Assembly: GCA_047967505.1 (NCBI GenBank)
Contig: CM106538.1
DNA: 64,000 bases
Strand: one strand, 5' to 3'
From: Dipteris shenzhenensis
Lineage: Eukaryota
Below, piece after piece: positions 12,918-25,895 of the stretch. The notes beneath the pieces are model-generated. The model saw only the letters and a program-made list of their open reading frames with translations. It was not told where the DNA came from and did no database searches. The position numbers were made by a program, and so were the translations under genes. Positions within the stretch are counted from its first letter, which is position 1. Every line of letters starts with the position of its first letter.

Positions 12918-14123
12918 CGTGGAGAAATAAATTGCAAATTGTGAGTTCTTGTTGTTTATTGTCCTTGTCATGTGTTTTAATGACAAAAAAGTTTCCTTCA
13001 ACTATTTCTTATTGTGAAGATGTGAGATTTGAATTGACTTTGGGCATGCGTTTTAACAAGATGTTGTATCCATTTCTTAAGTGATCTTGAATGAAGTAAA
13101 AATTTCACTTCACTTTAAACAAGTTGCTAATCATGGTGACACTTATCCACTAGCACTCAATGCATGAACTTTGACCAAATAAGACTTAATTCAGCCATGT
13201 AATATCTAGAATCTACAATGAATGCTCCATTTACTAGTCCCATCATCACCTCCGACACTACTTGTGCTGCCATCAGCAGAAAATGATACAGTATTTGATT
13301 TTGAATATCAGGATCCGGATAATCCAATTTGTACTCCCATGCCAAGTTCCAATGATGGGTATGATTTTGATGAGATACCACTTCCCAGTAACCCCATCAA
13401 GGAATAGCAAATATCTTGATATGAAAACTCGAGGTGGATGGACCCTGGACAACTTCCCTACCAACCTTCGTCAGCATCAAATTAGTGAAGATTGGATAAG
13501 CAAGTTGGATCCACAACCTAATTGGTGCCGTCCCAAGCTCTTTGATGTAATCTTCTTGAAAGAGTACCTACATGCACCTCCATGTCTCAGAACCTTGCAG
13601 GATTACGACGTAAAAAATGGGAAGCCAACATACACACTTTCGATGAAGATCGCACCATTAATTGGCCAATGATCGAACCATACTCTTGTGTAGAATGGAA
13701 TATCCAAGGCACAATGATTCGAGCACTTCAGCAGCATGAGCAAACAATGCGCAGCAACATTGATTGCTTCCTTCACCTAAGTGCTATCTTCTGCAAAACA
13801 TTGGAATTCATTCTGGACGTCCCACGTTACCTCAATACCCATTTGCCTCCACTCAGTTTCAATCCCAATGAATGGGCCGATGCTCAAATTACAAGCCAAC
13901 TCTCTCAAAGAGTAATCTTCTTAGAAGCACGCCACATATCTCTGTTCGAACAAATGGTGGATACACGCTACCTGGAAACTGAGCAAAAATTATATGGTGC
14001 CAAGGCTTTATAGCAGGATCAACTGGCATGACACAAGTTTCACAACCACTGGATTACACACATGGCAACCTAGGTACGTGCTCACAATAAGCCATAACCC
14101 GAGGACGGGTAATAAAATAAATT

Positions 14124-14664
14124 TCCATCAACATTGGTGTTCTGTGTGCTAACCTCATCAATTGTGAAACTAACAAATTCACTCCCTGGGGTTGGTGCTC
14201 AATTGGCGCTTGTCTCTTGCTCTCGTAGTAGTTCCTACCACAATCATCACATTATGCTCCCTTATCCTATCGGATACACCCAACAGCCTCATCGATTGAA
14301 ATTACACCACTGTAGGCTAAGCTGGCTTAGAATCCAACCGGGGATTCTCAAAAATTGAGACTGAATTGGTGAAGGCCAGTGAAATTTCCAAGTCCGTAAA
14401 GAATCCATGGCACCATTTCTTGGAGATCAGGAGATACCGGCCTCAACTTGTGATGGCATTATCCATACGGTTTTTCCAATAGCTCACTAGGATAAATGTC
14501 ATCACCTTCTGTGCCCTAGTGCTATTATAGATGGAGCAAACACTTCCCCATACTCTGATGTAATCATCGGGTGGGTAGCAATGATTGTCTCTGCAACTTT
14601 CATGGACAGATTTGGGTGTCGAAAGCTGTTCTTGGAGGGGGGCTGCATAATGCTAGCCTCACAG
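14124..14664 (+). pseudogene. Sugar transport protein (STP/MST hexose transporter) exon fragment
   Basis: Manual translation gives INIGVLCANLIN, WRLSLALVVVP, SDTPNSLID, RRYRPQLVMAL..FFQ*LTRINVITF and DRFGCRKLFLEGG..MLASQ, then a GTAAG donor at 14665. Contains stops and frameshifts. Confidence 0.85.
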
Positions 14665-16877
14665 GTAAGAATATGATTGATATCTACTCAATCCCTTTGT
14701 AGATCTCATCCTTGCATCACAAAAATAAATCTTCTAGAATCAAAAGAACAAGCAAACATACAATTGTGAAGTTACAAAACCAATCAAGCATAGCAGTAGC
14801 TAAGATGCAAAAGCATTTGTCTCTTGGATCTTGCATGCAAATTGATCATCTGATATTGCATTGAAGATTAAGCTAACATGCTGCTTTGGGCAGTTAGCAT
14901 CTTAGAGCTCGTTCCCACGTTGGCGCTGGTGAGCAAAATCGTTGTGAAATGCTCATGCTGGGAAGGTTCCCACGTGTTAATGTTCTGGATGCCATGCTTA
15001 GATTTGGCATTTCAAGGCTTTGCCGGAGACATGATTTTTGTCTCTCCAGGCAGGCATTGTGGTGCCACCTTTAACTCGACCTGGCCTAGCCGGTTTCAAT
15101 CGTTGCCCAACTGCTTGCCAGCCTCTGTAATTGCGGGTCGCAGCTTTTGGAAGGTTCATAGTCCCTTGGGAAACCTTCCATGGCAGGTTCCCCCCTCCGC
15201 TGGTGTTCTGATAGTGGACAGAAGGGTGGAGATGCGAGAACGTAATCTAGATACCTTTTGTTGGGAGTAGCATTTCGCCACCAATGGTGGGTGTGGAGCT
15301 GAGCCCATCACGGGAATGCACTCTTATATGACTCAACTAGAACAAGATAGATAGCATTCATATTCTTCTTAGATGAAATCTAACTAAGAAGATGAGATGG
15401 GCAAGCCATGCATCTCTCTGATCAGCTCTCGCCCACAACTAATTAGTTGTGAGCTTAGATCAGAGGCAACAATAAATTCCTTTCCAACAATCAGCTCTGC
15501 AAGGCAAGAGAAAACACCCAATCTGGAGCAATTGACCGAACAAGCGATGAATCAACCAAACATCAAGCGATGAATAACTAATAAATTATTCATGGCTGAA
15601 GGGCAAGTGATAGTTGTTATGAAAAGTCTCCCAAAAACATAAAAATGTACAGTGAAACAACTTTACAAGGGCTGCTTGCAAAACATTCAGACAAAGAGAA
15701 TTTGATAGAGGTGGAATTGAGCTGCATTATTATTTTGCTAGAATCAAGGACTTAAAGTCTTGAAAAGAAGCATGGATGTGATGTTAAAAAATGTATCATA
15801 GTCCTTGATAATAGCCACACACTTGTTAAATATAATTTGGATAGACTAGACCCATTAGATGAACATGCAATACCAGGATCCGATGACTTTGAATGAGATT
15901 CAAAAGCTCAGGGTAACATATTCTATGTCTTATTCTAAACAAATGGTGTATCCTTACACCACCTAATATACTATTCAATCAAATGGCATATCTGCATACC
16001 ACATGTATGTTGGATGCAACAAATGCTTTTCATATGTTGTCTTATTTCCACTATCAAAATAGTGAAGAAATATGTAGAGATAAGTTGCGTAGTGCCATAA
16101 TTGAACCAAAGTTTGGAGTTCACTACATCATTTGAGTGGGGTCACCACTTGCAAAGTTAGTGAATTATTAACTTTTTAAGGCCATATTTGTATGGAGGTG
16201 ACCCATGTAGTTTTGCAAATTTACCCAATTTTGGACTTTACCAATTGATATTGAGTGGAATTAACCATTTAAAAAAAAAGTCCAAATGAAGGGAGAAAGT
16301 GCAAATTGTCCTCCTCCAATGAAATATTTGAAATAATTTGAAATATTTCAAATAGAAAGTCTTTAGATATTTTCTCTATTAAATCCCATATGAATAAAAT
16401 GATATAAGACATGGAATATTGAAAGAAATACACTGCAATCTTGAACAACTATGAAAATAGAGACTCCATAGAATTGGCGTCAAACAGCATGAAGCCTTCA
16501 ACCTTTTTGGCAATCTACAAGACTATAGTAATAAGGCCTTCAAGATAGTGCAATGAACCAGTTCTGCTGATGAGAAGGCAACTTTAAGTATTAACATCCA
16601 CAAAATCTGACACATAAAGGAAGATGCGATTGTTGTGGTGTAAGAATGCAATGGAGAAAGAGCTTTATCCACTGTGGTACATCTCCAATATGTTGCAATT
16701 TTATAGAGAAAGGAACTTACAATAGTATAGTGATGAGCAGGCCTTTGAGAACCAAAGACTTGCTTGAATATTGTTAGAGAGAATGAGGCTCAAGAGTGTT
16801 CTCTAGCATTAGGCAAAAAAAAACTATTGCTACAAAGGAAAGCATAGAACAAATTCCTCTCTTGACAACCAACCCAT

Positions 16878-19800
16878 TGAGAGTGCTCTCAACAGAAGTA
16901 AGAACGGAAGAAGGAGAGAGAGAGATAGAGAGCCACACAAGTTTGGTGGGTGCAGAACCACCCTAATCTTCTTTTTCATTCATTTATATATGTGTTTGAG
17001 TATTGTACATAACTGGGGTAAAGGCACAGTGACCTTTAACCCCCACAACCTCCCACTTAAAGGACAATGTGCCTTTAAGGGAGAACAACCAGTGAGCATA
17101 CTATCCAATGCCCATCAATACACGACAATACTCAAACCGCTGACTAGGTAGACTCTTCGTCAGCATATCTGCAGGGTTATCATCTGTATGAACCTTGACA
17201 AGCTCTATGCGCTTGTCCTCAAGTACCTCCCTAATGAAATGGTACCTTTCCTCAATGTGTTTGGTCTTTGCATGAAAGACCAGATTCCGTGCTATAGCTG
17301 AATAGCACTCATGGAATCACTATGCAATGTCGGTACACCTGTATGAATCCCCAAATCTCCCACTAGCCGATCAAGCCATATAGCCTCCTTGCAACCCTCT
17401 GTGGCTGCAACATACTTAGCCTCTGTGGTAGACAAAGCAATGCACTTCTGTGCACGAGACATCCACGACACTGCACCACCTGCAAAGGTGAACACATAAC
17501 CAGAAGTGGATCTCCTACTATCCACATGCCCTGCATAGTCTGAATCTGTGTACCCAAGTACACGCATGTCTCCTGTACCAAAGCAAATGCACATCTCCTT
17601 GGTACCCTTCATGTACCTCATGATGCACTTAACTGCCTCCCAATGCCTCTTTCTTGGATTAGCCATATACCTGCTAACAACTCCCACTGCAAATGCAATG
17701 TCTGGTCTAGTAGCTATCATAGCATACATAAGACTCCCAACCGCTGATGCATAAGGAACCTTAGCCATCATGGCCCTCTCCTCTTCTGATTTGGGACTAT
17801 CTATATGACTCAGTTTCACATATGGAGGCAATGGAGTACTCACTGCCTTCCCCCCCTCCATATTGAAACGCTGCAATACTTTTGTAACATACTCTTTTTG
17901 TGAAAGCCAAAGGAGTTTCCTACTCCAATCACACGTGATGCGCATACCAAGAATATGACCTGCAAGTCCCAAATCCTTCATATCAAAGGCCTCATGCAAC
18001 TTGGCCTTTAATGCATCTAGCTCATAAGTATTCTTGCTAGCCAATAGCATATCATCCACATATAGTGCCAGGATTATCAGGCTATTATCCTTAGCCCTTT
18101 TAGTGTAGAGGCAGTGATCAATTTCACTCCTTCTAAAACCCTGGGACGGAATGAAAGCATCAAACTTCTGATACCATTCTCTAGGTGCTTGCTTAAGACC
18201 ATAGAGACTCTTCTTCAGCTTGCAAACTAAATTCTCTTTGCCCTTTTCTTCAAAGCCTTCCGGTTGCACCATGTAAATTTCCTCATGCAAATCCCCATGC
18301 AAGAATGCTGTCTTCATCCATTTGCATAAGCTCCATATCCTCTACTGCCACTAGTCTAAGCATGCATCTAAGTGTGGTCATCTTCAAAACCGGAGAGAAT
18401 ATCTCATCAAAGTCCACACCCTTCTCTTGCTTGAACCCTTTAGTGACCAAACGGGCCTTGTACCTAGGCACATCATCACCTATGACCTTCATTTTGTAGA
18501 CCCATTTACATGGCAATGCTTTCTTTCCATGTGGCAAAGAAACCAAGTCCCAAGTCTTATTCTTCATAAGTGAACTCATCTCTGATTGCATAGCATACTC
18601 CCACTTGCGTTGATCCTCACGCATCATAGCCTCTTTGTAGCAAGAAGGCTCCCCGCAATCAGTAAGCATCACATAGTCTACCCCTGGAACAAATCTATCA
18701 GGCGGTCTAGACACTCTAGATGATCTTCTCAAGGGCATTTCAGCTTGCTGTCCCACTTGCATATCAGCCACATTTGGCTCATCATTTCCACCAATAGATG
18801 GTCCATCATCTACCCTTGATTGTATACCTGTGGGAGTACTTGGTTGTACCATTTCTTGCACATTTGGTGCATGGACAGCTTGCTGTCTATCAACATATGC
18901 AGATGGATTCACATCCTGGAAAGTGATTCTCCTCATTTCCACATCCCTCATGGGTGCCTTATGCATCTTCTTCTCATTGAAGACCACATCATGGCTGCGT
19001 ATGATCTTCTTTGCTTCTGGATCCTAGAGACAATAGCCCATCTCTCCACTTTCACCATAACCCAGAAAGATGCATTTCCTAGACTTAGGATCTAGCTTCT
19101 TTCGAAGCTCTTTTGGCACATGTGCATATGCCTCACACCCAAATATACGCAAATGAGAGTAAGAGGGCTTCTTGCCACTCCATGCCTCTTCAGGAATACC
19201 ACCATCCAAACTCTTACTAGGTGATCTATTGATCACATGCACTGCAGTCTTCATTGCCTCAGCCCAAAAACCACCAGAAAGACTTGCATTGGAAAGCATG
19301 CATTGCAACCTTTCTTGAATGGTACGGTTCATCTTTTCTGCAACTGGATTTTGCTCTAGAGTACGAGCAGATGTGAGCTCCCTCTTAATCCCACGTGTAT
19401 CACAGAAATGCTGAAAGTCATGAGAGAGATACTCTCCACCATTGTCAGTCCGTAGGCATTTAAGCATTCTACCTGACTGATTCTCAACCAAGGCCAGCCA
19501 TTTCTGAAATACCTGGAACACATCACTCTTCCGAGCTATAGCATAAGCCCACACTTTCCTAGTTGCATCATCAATGAATGTCACATAGTATTCAGCCTCG
19601 CCTAATGACTGTGTAGGCATTGGACCACATACGTCTGAATGCACCAAATCAAGCATTTCAAACTCTTTCTTTCCCCTTCTTATATGGGCTGATTTAGTCT
19701 ACTTCCCATAGAGACAATGCTCACAAAATTCAAAATCAGAGAAACTCAAATGCGGTACATAACCCAAACGGCATAAGAGTTTCATTCCATTCTGGCTCAT

Positions 19801-22761
19801 GTGCCCCAACCTGCAATGCCACAAAGAAGTGCTTGGCTGCTCGGTTATTGCAACAACATGATCAAATACCCTTGATACATGTAAGGAATACAAAGTCCCA
19901 CACTTGGCACCCCTGGCCAAAAGCATAGAGCCCTTCTGAATTTTCCAACTTTGAAAGCCAAAAGTGGTGTGAAAACTAGCATCATCTAGCTGACCCACTG
20001 AAATAAGACTCTTGGGCAACTTAGGCACATGTCTCACATGTTTCAAAACAAATGCAGACCCATTTGCAAAAGAAAACTTTATGTCACCTGCTCCCACTAT
20101 GTCACATGCATAGTCATTTCCAAGATGCACACAACCTGTCTTTCCACTATCATAAGTGGAGAACCATTCCCTATGGGGAGTAACATGGAATGAAGCACCA
20201 AAATCCAAAATCCAATCTTGGGAATATGCATCATCTGAAGTGGTAAGCAACTCTGCAGATAAACTAGACATGAAGAGAACATCATTGTCACTATCATGTG
20301 TGACTGCATTGATCTCCTCGATCTTCACTTTTCCTTTGTCCTCCCTTGGACTCTCTTCCTTTTGATTTGCACCCCAATTTGCATTCTTTTTCTTATCCTT
20401 TTGCTCTCTTTTCAGCTTGTAGCAATCCTCTTTCATATGGCCCTTCTTGCCACAATGGTAACACTCAATGTTCCGTGCCTTGGATTTGCTACGAGACTTC
20501 CCTCTTTCTTGGGACTTCCCCCTAAACTGTGATCTGCCCCTTTGCACATTTAAGGCTGCATCCTGTTTGTTGCCATCCATAGACTTCTGTCTAATCTCCT
20601 CGGCCAACAAGCTACCCACAACATCATCAAATTTCAGTACTCCACCAGGTGCAGAGTTACTAACAGCTGTACGGAAGGTATCCCATGAGGATGGCAATGA
20701 ACATAAGAGAAATATTGCCTTAGTCTCCGCATCAAAATTCATCTTCTGAGCCTGAAGCTGGCTGAAAATAATATTGAATTCATTCAAGTGAGAAGCAATG
20801 GAGACCCCTTCCTTCATCTGCAGCTCAAACAACCTCTTCATGAGGTAAACTTTATTAGAGGCAGTTTCCTTCTCATAAGTGGCACACAGTTGCTTCCACA
20901 AATCTTCCGTAGTCTGCTCATTTACTACTGTGAAATAAATTGACTCTGCAAGATGAAGTCTAATAGTAGACTTTGCTAATGCATCCAACTCATTCCAATC
21001 ATCCTCAGACATATTTGCAGGCTTAGCTTCAATCCCTGCCAAGGGTTTAATCTGCTTCTTTTGAATAAGCACATCCCTTATTTGTTCTTTCCACAAAGAA
21101 AAGTTTGTCTCATCAAACTTTTTAATGCTGAAAAACTCCTTTTCAGACGTGGAAGAGGATGCCATGATGCAAATGAAACAAAATCCCAAATGCTAGTGCC
21201 TGCAAGAGAGAATCACACCAAATACTAGGTGCACCCAAATGTGTATGCCACAATAGACTGAAATATCACCAAAATTCAAAGCTCAAAGCATCAAAAGATG
21301 CATCTGACTCATGTGCATATACTATGCATCCATATGAGCAAATCTAGCCCAAAAGAAAATGCCAATAAGTGCCAAATGACTCAAGCATAAACACCGTCCA
21401 CTGGCGTATGCATCAATAATATCTCATCCAAGAGAGCATAGCACTATCAGTGCATCACCTGCAATGTGTCAAAGCTGTCCCTCAGCTTAAAATAGCATCC
21501 ATGTGCAAAGCGTCTATAAAAATAGCATCCCACAAGGCAATTTGGGCCTATCAGCGCATCCAATAAGGACCACAATGCATCCAAATGGCCTATGAATCAT
21601 CCACTACAACCCAATGCACACCACAAATGAGTGCACACTGCTCAAACTACAACCAGAGTGATCTGCATAAGGTATGCTCAAGAAATCATAGTCCCACGGT
21701 AATGAGCACTACTGAAAATAGAACCTGAGATGCCTCAAAACATGGGCGCCATTGCATAATCGGAATCAGCAAGAAAATCTGCAAATATCTCTCTGCTGCC
21801 AAAACTCCAAAATCCCAACCGATGAGTGAGAAATGGGAGTCAACACTTATCCACTGCCATGTGGCATAAATCTAAGGTTTCAAAACCTTAGAATGAAAAA
21901 TGCATAACAGAGAGACGAAATTGAATACACAGAGATCTATAACTTTGAAAATCCTCCAAGATTCTGACAGGTAGGGGTTTTTGGGCATCCGGAATGCAAT
22001 GGGACATACGGTTTTGGAAACTGTGGTCTCAATCACTGGGTCCAACACACAGACTGAAAAACGTTTTTGGAAACAGAGCTATCTGTAAACTCCACCGGAG
22101 TGCGAATGATGAGCAACATAGAAGTTTTAGGACCTCCTGAGTCCACCGGGATTGACAGATCTACAAATGGTTGCTCCAAACTTGAGTTTCAACACCCGGG
22201 CAAAAAACGCAGAAACTGAGACAGTGAGTCGAAATCCAATGAAATAATCCCAGATTCAAGAATGAAGGTGTTTCCAAGCTCCTGAAGTAATGTGGATACC
22301 AAAAGCAAGTAATAGTTGACTCTACAAGTCAATATGGAGTCTCTATCATCGAACAGAACAGGGAAAAGCTCAAAAAACGACTTTTTCTTTGAAACCACTT
22401 AACAGGCTCTCAAAACCACTTCGCAAAGCCAAAGTGACTTTTCCAAAGGTTCCTCCAAGGTCTTTGCATACTCGGATGCAAGTAAAGTCACCCACAAAGC
22501 TTCCCACAGAGCTTCTCCTTCCTCCCATAGAGCTGCTGAGCTTCTAGCATTCACGCACGCTCAGCTAGATCACTCGGGCTCTGATACCAGTTGAGAGTGC
22601 TCTCAACGGAAGCAAGAACGGAAGAAGGAGAGAGAGAGATAGAGAGCCACACAAGTTTGGTGGGTGCAGAACCACCCTAATCTTCTTTTTCATTCATTTA
22701 TCTATGTGTTTGAGTATTGTACATAACTGGGGTAAAGGCACAGTGACCTTTAACCCCCACA
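16878..22761 (-). mobile_element. Ty1/Copia LTR retrotransposon (Copia-2), full length, decayed
   Basis: 170-bp LTRs at 16878-17047 and 22592-22761 (about 3 differences); TSD CCCAT at 16873-16877 and 22762-22766; Met PBS (gctctgatacca on +) at 22578-22589; PPT complement acctcccactt at 17048. Confidence 0.97.
17101..21165 (-). pseudogene. Copia-2 gag-pol (gag, zinc knuckle, protease, integrase, RT, RNase H) with stops and a frameshift
   Basis: Motifs CYHCGKKGHMKEDC, WILDFGASFH, LVHSDVCGP, RTDNGGEY, KWVYKMK, LYVDDML, YTDSDYAG. In-frame stops at 19699, 19024 and 17292; frameshift at ~18310. Confidence 0.95.
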
Positions 22762-24252
22762 CCCATAGCTCTTAGACCCAAGCAAACAGAGCAATGTGAT
22801 AAACCTCTTTTCAATGAGGAGCAGCCAAGACATAGCCTCCCTTTAATAGACTTGCTCGTAATAAATTTTATTGACAAATGGCCTTCTCTAAGTCAAGACT
22901 AAATAAGGATGAGGATAAGCCTTTGTGAGCCCACATGATTCATGCATCTAGACTACATGCCTCCTTAGGAATGGTTCCTATGAAAGGGATATTTTAGCAT
23001 TCAGAACAAACATGATGAAGCCTTTATTCAAAAGAAAGACAACTTAAAATGGTTTAGTGCTACAACAAATTAGTGTATGAACACTAAAGTAACTACGAGC
23101 AAAACTTCCCAACATAGTAGCAACAAAGCACACTAGTACAATAGCAACAGTGTCAACAACTTCACCAACTACTACCATACGTGAAACAATCATAGCAACA
23201 ATTACAATAAGACTACAAAAGCAACTGATGAAAGAATGACATAGTGATCTCATACCAATACTTTCCTTTGCACTTTAGTACTTGCATTATAGTAAGTAGT
23301 ACATGAGCAGATATAAGCTAAGTACTAATCTTTGTTTCATTCAATAGATTAACCATAGCTCCATTAACCTTAATACATTAGGAAAATAATTAGAAAGGAT
23401 CCTATGTACATAGAAGTACACCATGCCCTTGCAAAACAAACTCAAGCGCACTTGCGTACACTAGAATTTCCCTTCATGTTCAACCTATATTCAATTACAT
23501 GACTTGCTTTTCAATAGAACCAATCTCAGAACACAAATTAGTGCACCATTGCAATCGAAACAAGTATTGCTTCACGATACTTTTAGATAACAGATGGAAA
23601 TTGCACATAGCAAACACGCCATTGCTAGCCAGAATGAACACAGTGACATTGTGACTAAAGGACAAGCACTGCTCGATAAAATCCCTTAATTAGAGTAGCC
23701 ATAAATACAAGTTGCTATGTAGATGCTCTCATTGATGTGAGGATTAAGGATAAAGGATCCTTATACGTGCCACAATGGCACCTAAGAAAACCCACAACAT
23801 CCAAGCATTTGAAGCAATAGTCCCAATCATGTACTCTTTTTCTTTCCAAATTTTCTTTCTTTTATCAAGTATACAAGTTTTAATTTTAGGCCCAGTGAGA
23901 AGAGGGCAAATCCAATCTCAAGCCAACGTTTCTTACATACAAACTACAATTACACCCACCAAGGATAAGACTTCAAAATTGAGTACACTCATGTCCATTT
24001 TCAGTGAATGCCACACCTTTCTATGAACTATAGTTTGGCTTATGAACGAAGAGCATTCTACAAGGACATAACATGCCCATGACCATCCCTAGTGCATGCA
24101 CCCCTTTCCATATACACTTAGGTACCTCTATTAGGCTTACATCTACATACATCAATACCCACATTGAGCTTATGTATAGATATGGTAACTTTTACACAGT
24201 GCTATTCCTTAAAGTAATTGTGATCTATTTATAAAAGTACTTGGGATTAAAG

Positions 24253-24286
<34 letters not shown>

Positions 24287-24641
24287 AAAAGGTTAAAAGG
24301 CAAACGTTGCAATGTTAGTGTACATAGTTCATAAGCTTTTTGTGAACACTGACATATACACAAACACGAGTCAGTTGGCAAAGTTGATGGGAGAATCTGA
24401 GTAAGCCTAAGGGGGAGTTGCCACCACATCAATAGGGGCTGGCACCGGTAAGGGTACAAACATGGATGAAGATGCAAGCCATGGAAATAAGGTGAATGAT
24501 ATATATCTATCATTCATTAGGCCTGCCTGTGGGTGAGTGAAATGCTTAAGAGAGAGCATAAAATTGGAGGAATGAAAAGGAAAGAGTGTACAAAGAGTAG
24601 TAAATGCAAATCGTGCAATAGTCAACAAGATGAATTTCATT

Positions 24642-24694
24642 GAGAGAGAGAGAGAGAGGGGGGGGGGGGGTTTTGCCTAGAGAGGAGAAGAAGA

Positions 24695-24738
<44 letters not shown>

Positions 24739-24873
24739 ACAAAGTCACTAAATGCATGCATTAAAGCCTTTTACAAGGAGCATACTTGGACCAATCACCT
24801 TTGTACCAAAGTCATAAATACCAGCCTAACCAATAGGAAATTCTCACCCCAACAAATAGAAATAATAGGATTT

Positions 24874-24929
<56 letters not shown>

Positions 24930-25068
24930 GAAGTCACTAAATGCATGCGTTAAAGCCTCTTACAAGGAGCATACTTGGACCAATCACCTTTGTACCAAAG
25001 TCATAAATACCAGCTGCCAAAGTTACTAGCAACCAATAGGAAATTCTCACCCCAATAAATAGAAATAA
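24642..25068. repeat. Tandem duplication of a (GA)n plus ~135-bp unit
   Basis: ggac(a/g)aagtcactaaatgcatgc...aaatagaaataat occurs at ~24737 and ~24926, each after a GA run. Confidence 0.9.
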
Positions 25069-25895
25069 TCAGGATTTTTAGCTTTGCAAAACTAGAACCG
25101 TTGCTAAGGCTACCTAGAGAGCAGGCCAAAAAGTGGAAAAAACAAGAGAGTACAAGTACTTATGACCACTGCCTTGTCTACTAAGCACTCTACCAACGTT
25201 GCTACATCCCACATAAAGAGACACCTAGATGTCTCTACATCGAATGTAATTGCAAAAATCCTTAGTTACTACAAGCACTAATAAACTAAACCAACACAAC
25301 TAGAGAAAATACAATAAAACTATGATAAAAATAAGAGAAATTAACAATGATCAATTAGCATTCTCTAAAATTTCCAAAATAGTTATTAAAGGCACAAGAC
25401 TCTAGTACTTGTACTCTCTTGTTTTTTTTTCCAAGGTGAAAAGGTATCTCATATTACCTAAAAGAAATATTTACAAAGAGAAGCACAGTTTTGGTAAGGC
25501 AGCATAGGTCTCGTTCTTCCTTCCAAAATTCCAACATACTGTATCGTTCTCCTAGCGTCCTCAATGGTCATTAAACCTAGGGACTCGGGTAATCTAAATG
25601 ACTTGAGTCTTGTACTCTCTTGGTTTCTTTACATTTTCAATCTACGGAGGGGTTGGTGACAGTCACGGTGTGGTTGAGAATCTCAAAAAGTGTAAAAGTT
25701 CTTTGACCATGGTGGTGTGAAGGGTCTCGTGATATCTTCTAAGGTTTGAAAAATTTCCCAGGAACTCACTGCTCGGTGTTGTGTTCATCTCCCTCCTCTC
25801 TTGTGCTTGTTGTGTTAGTGCTTTTGCTCCTTGTTAGAGTGTGCGCCTTGTTGTGCTAGTGCTTTTGCTGCTGCGAGCTAAGTTATAGTGCGTCA

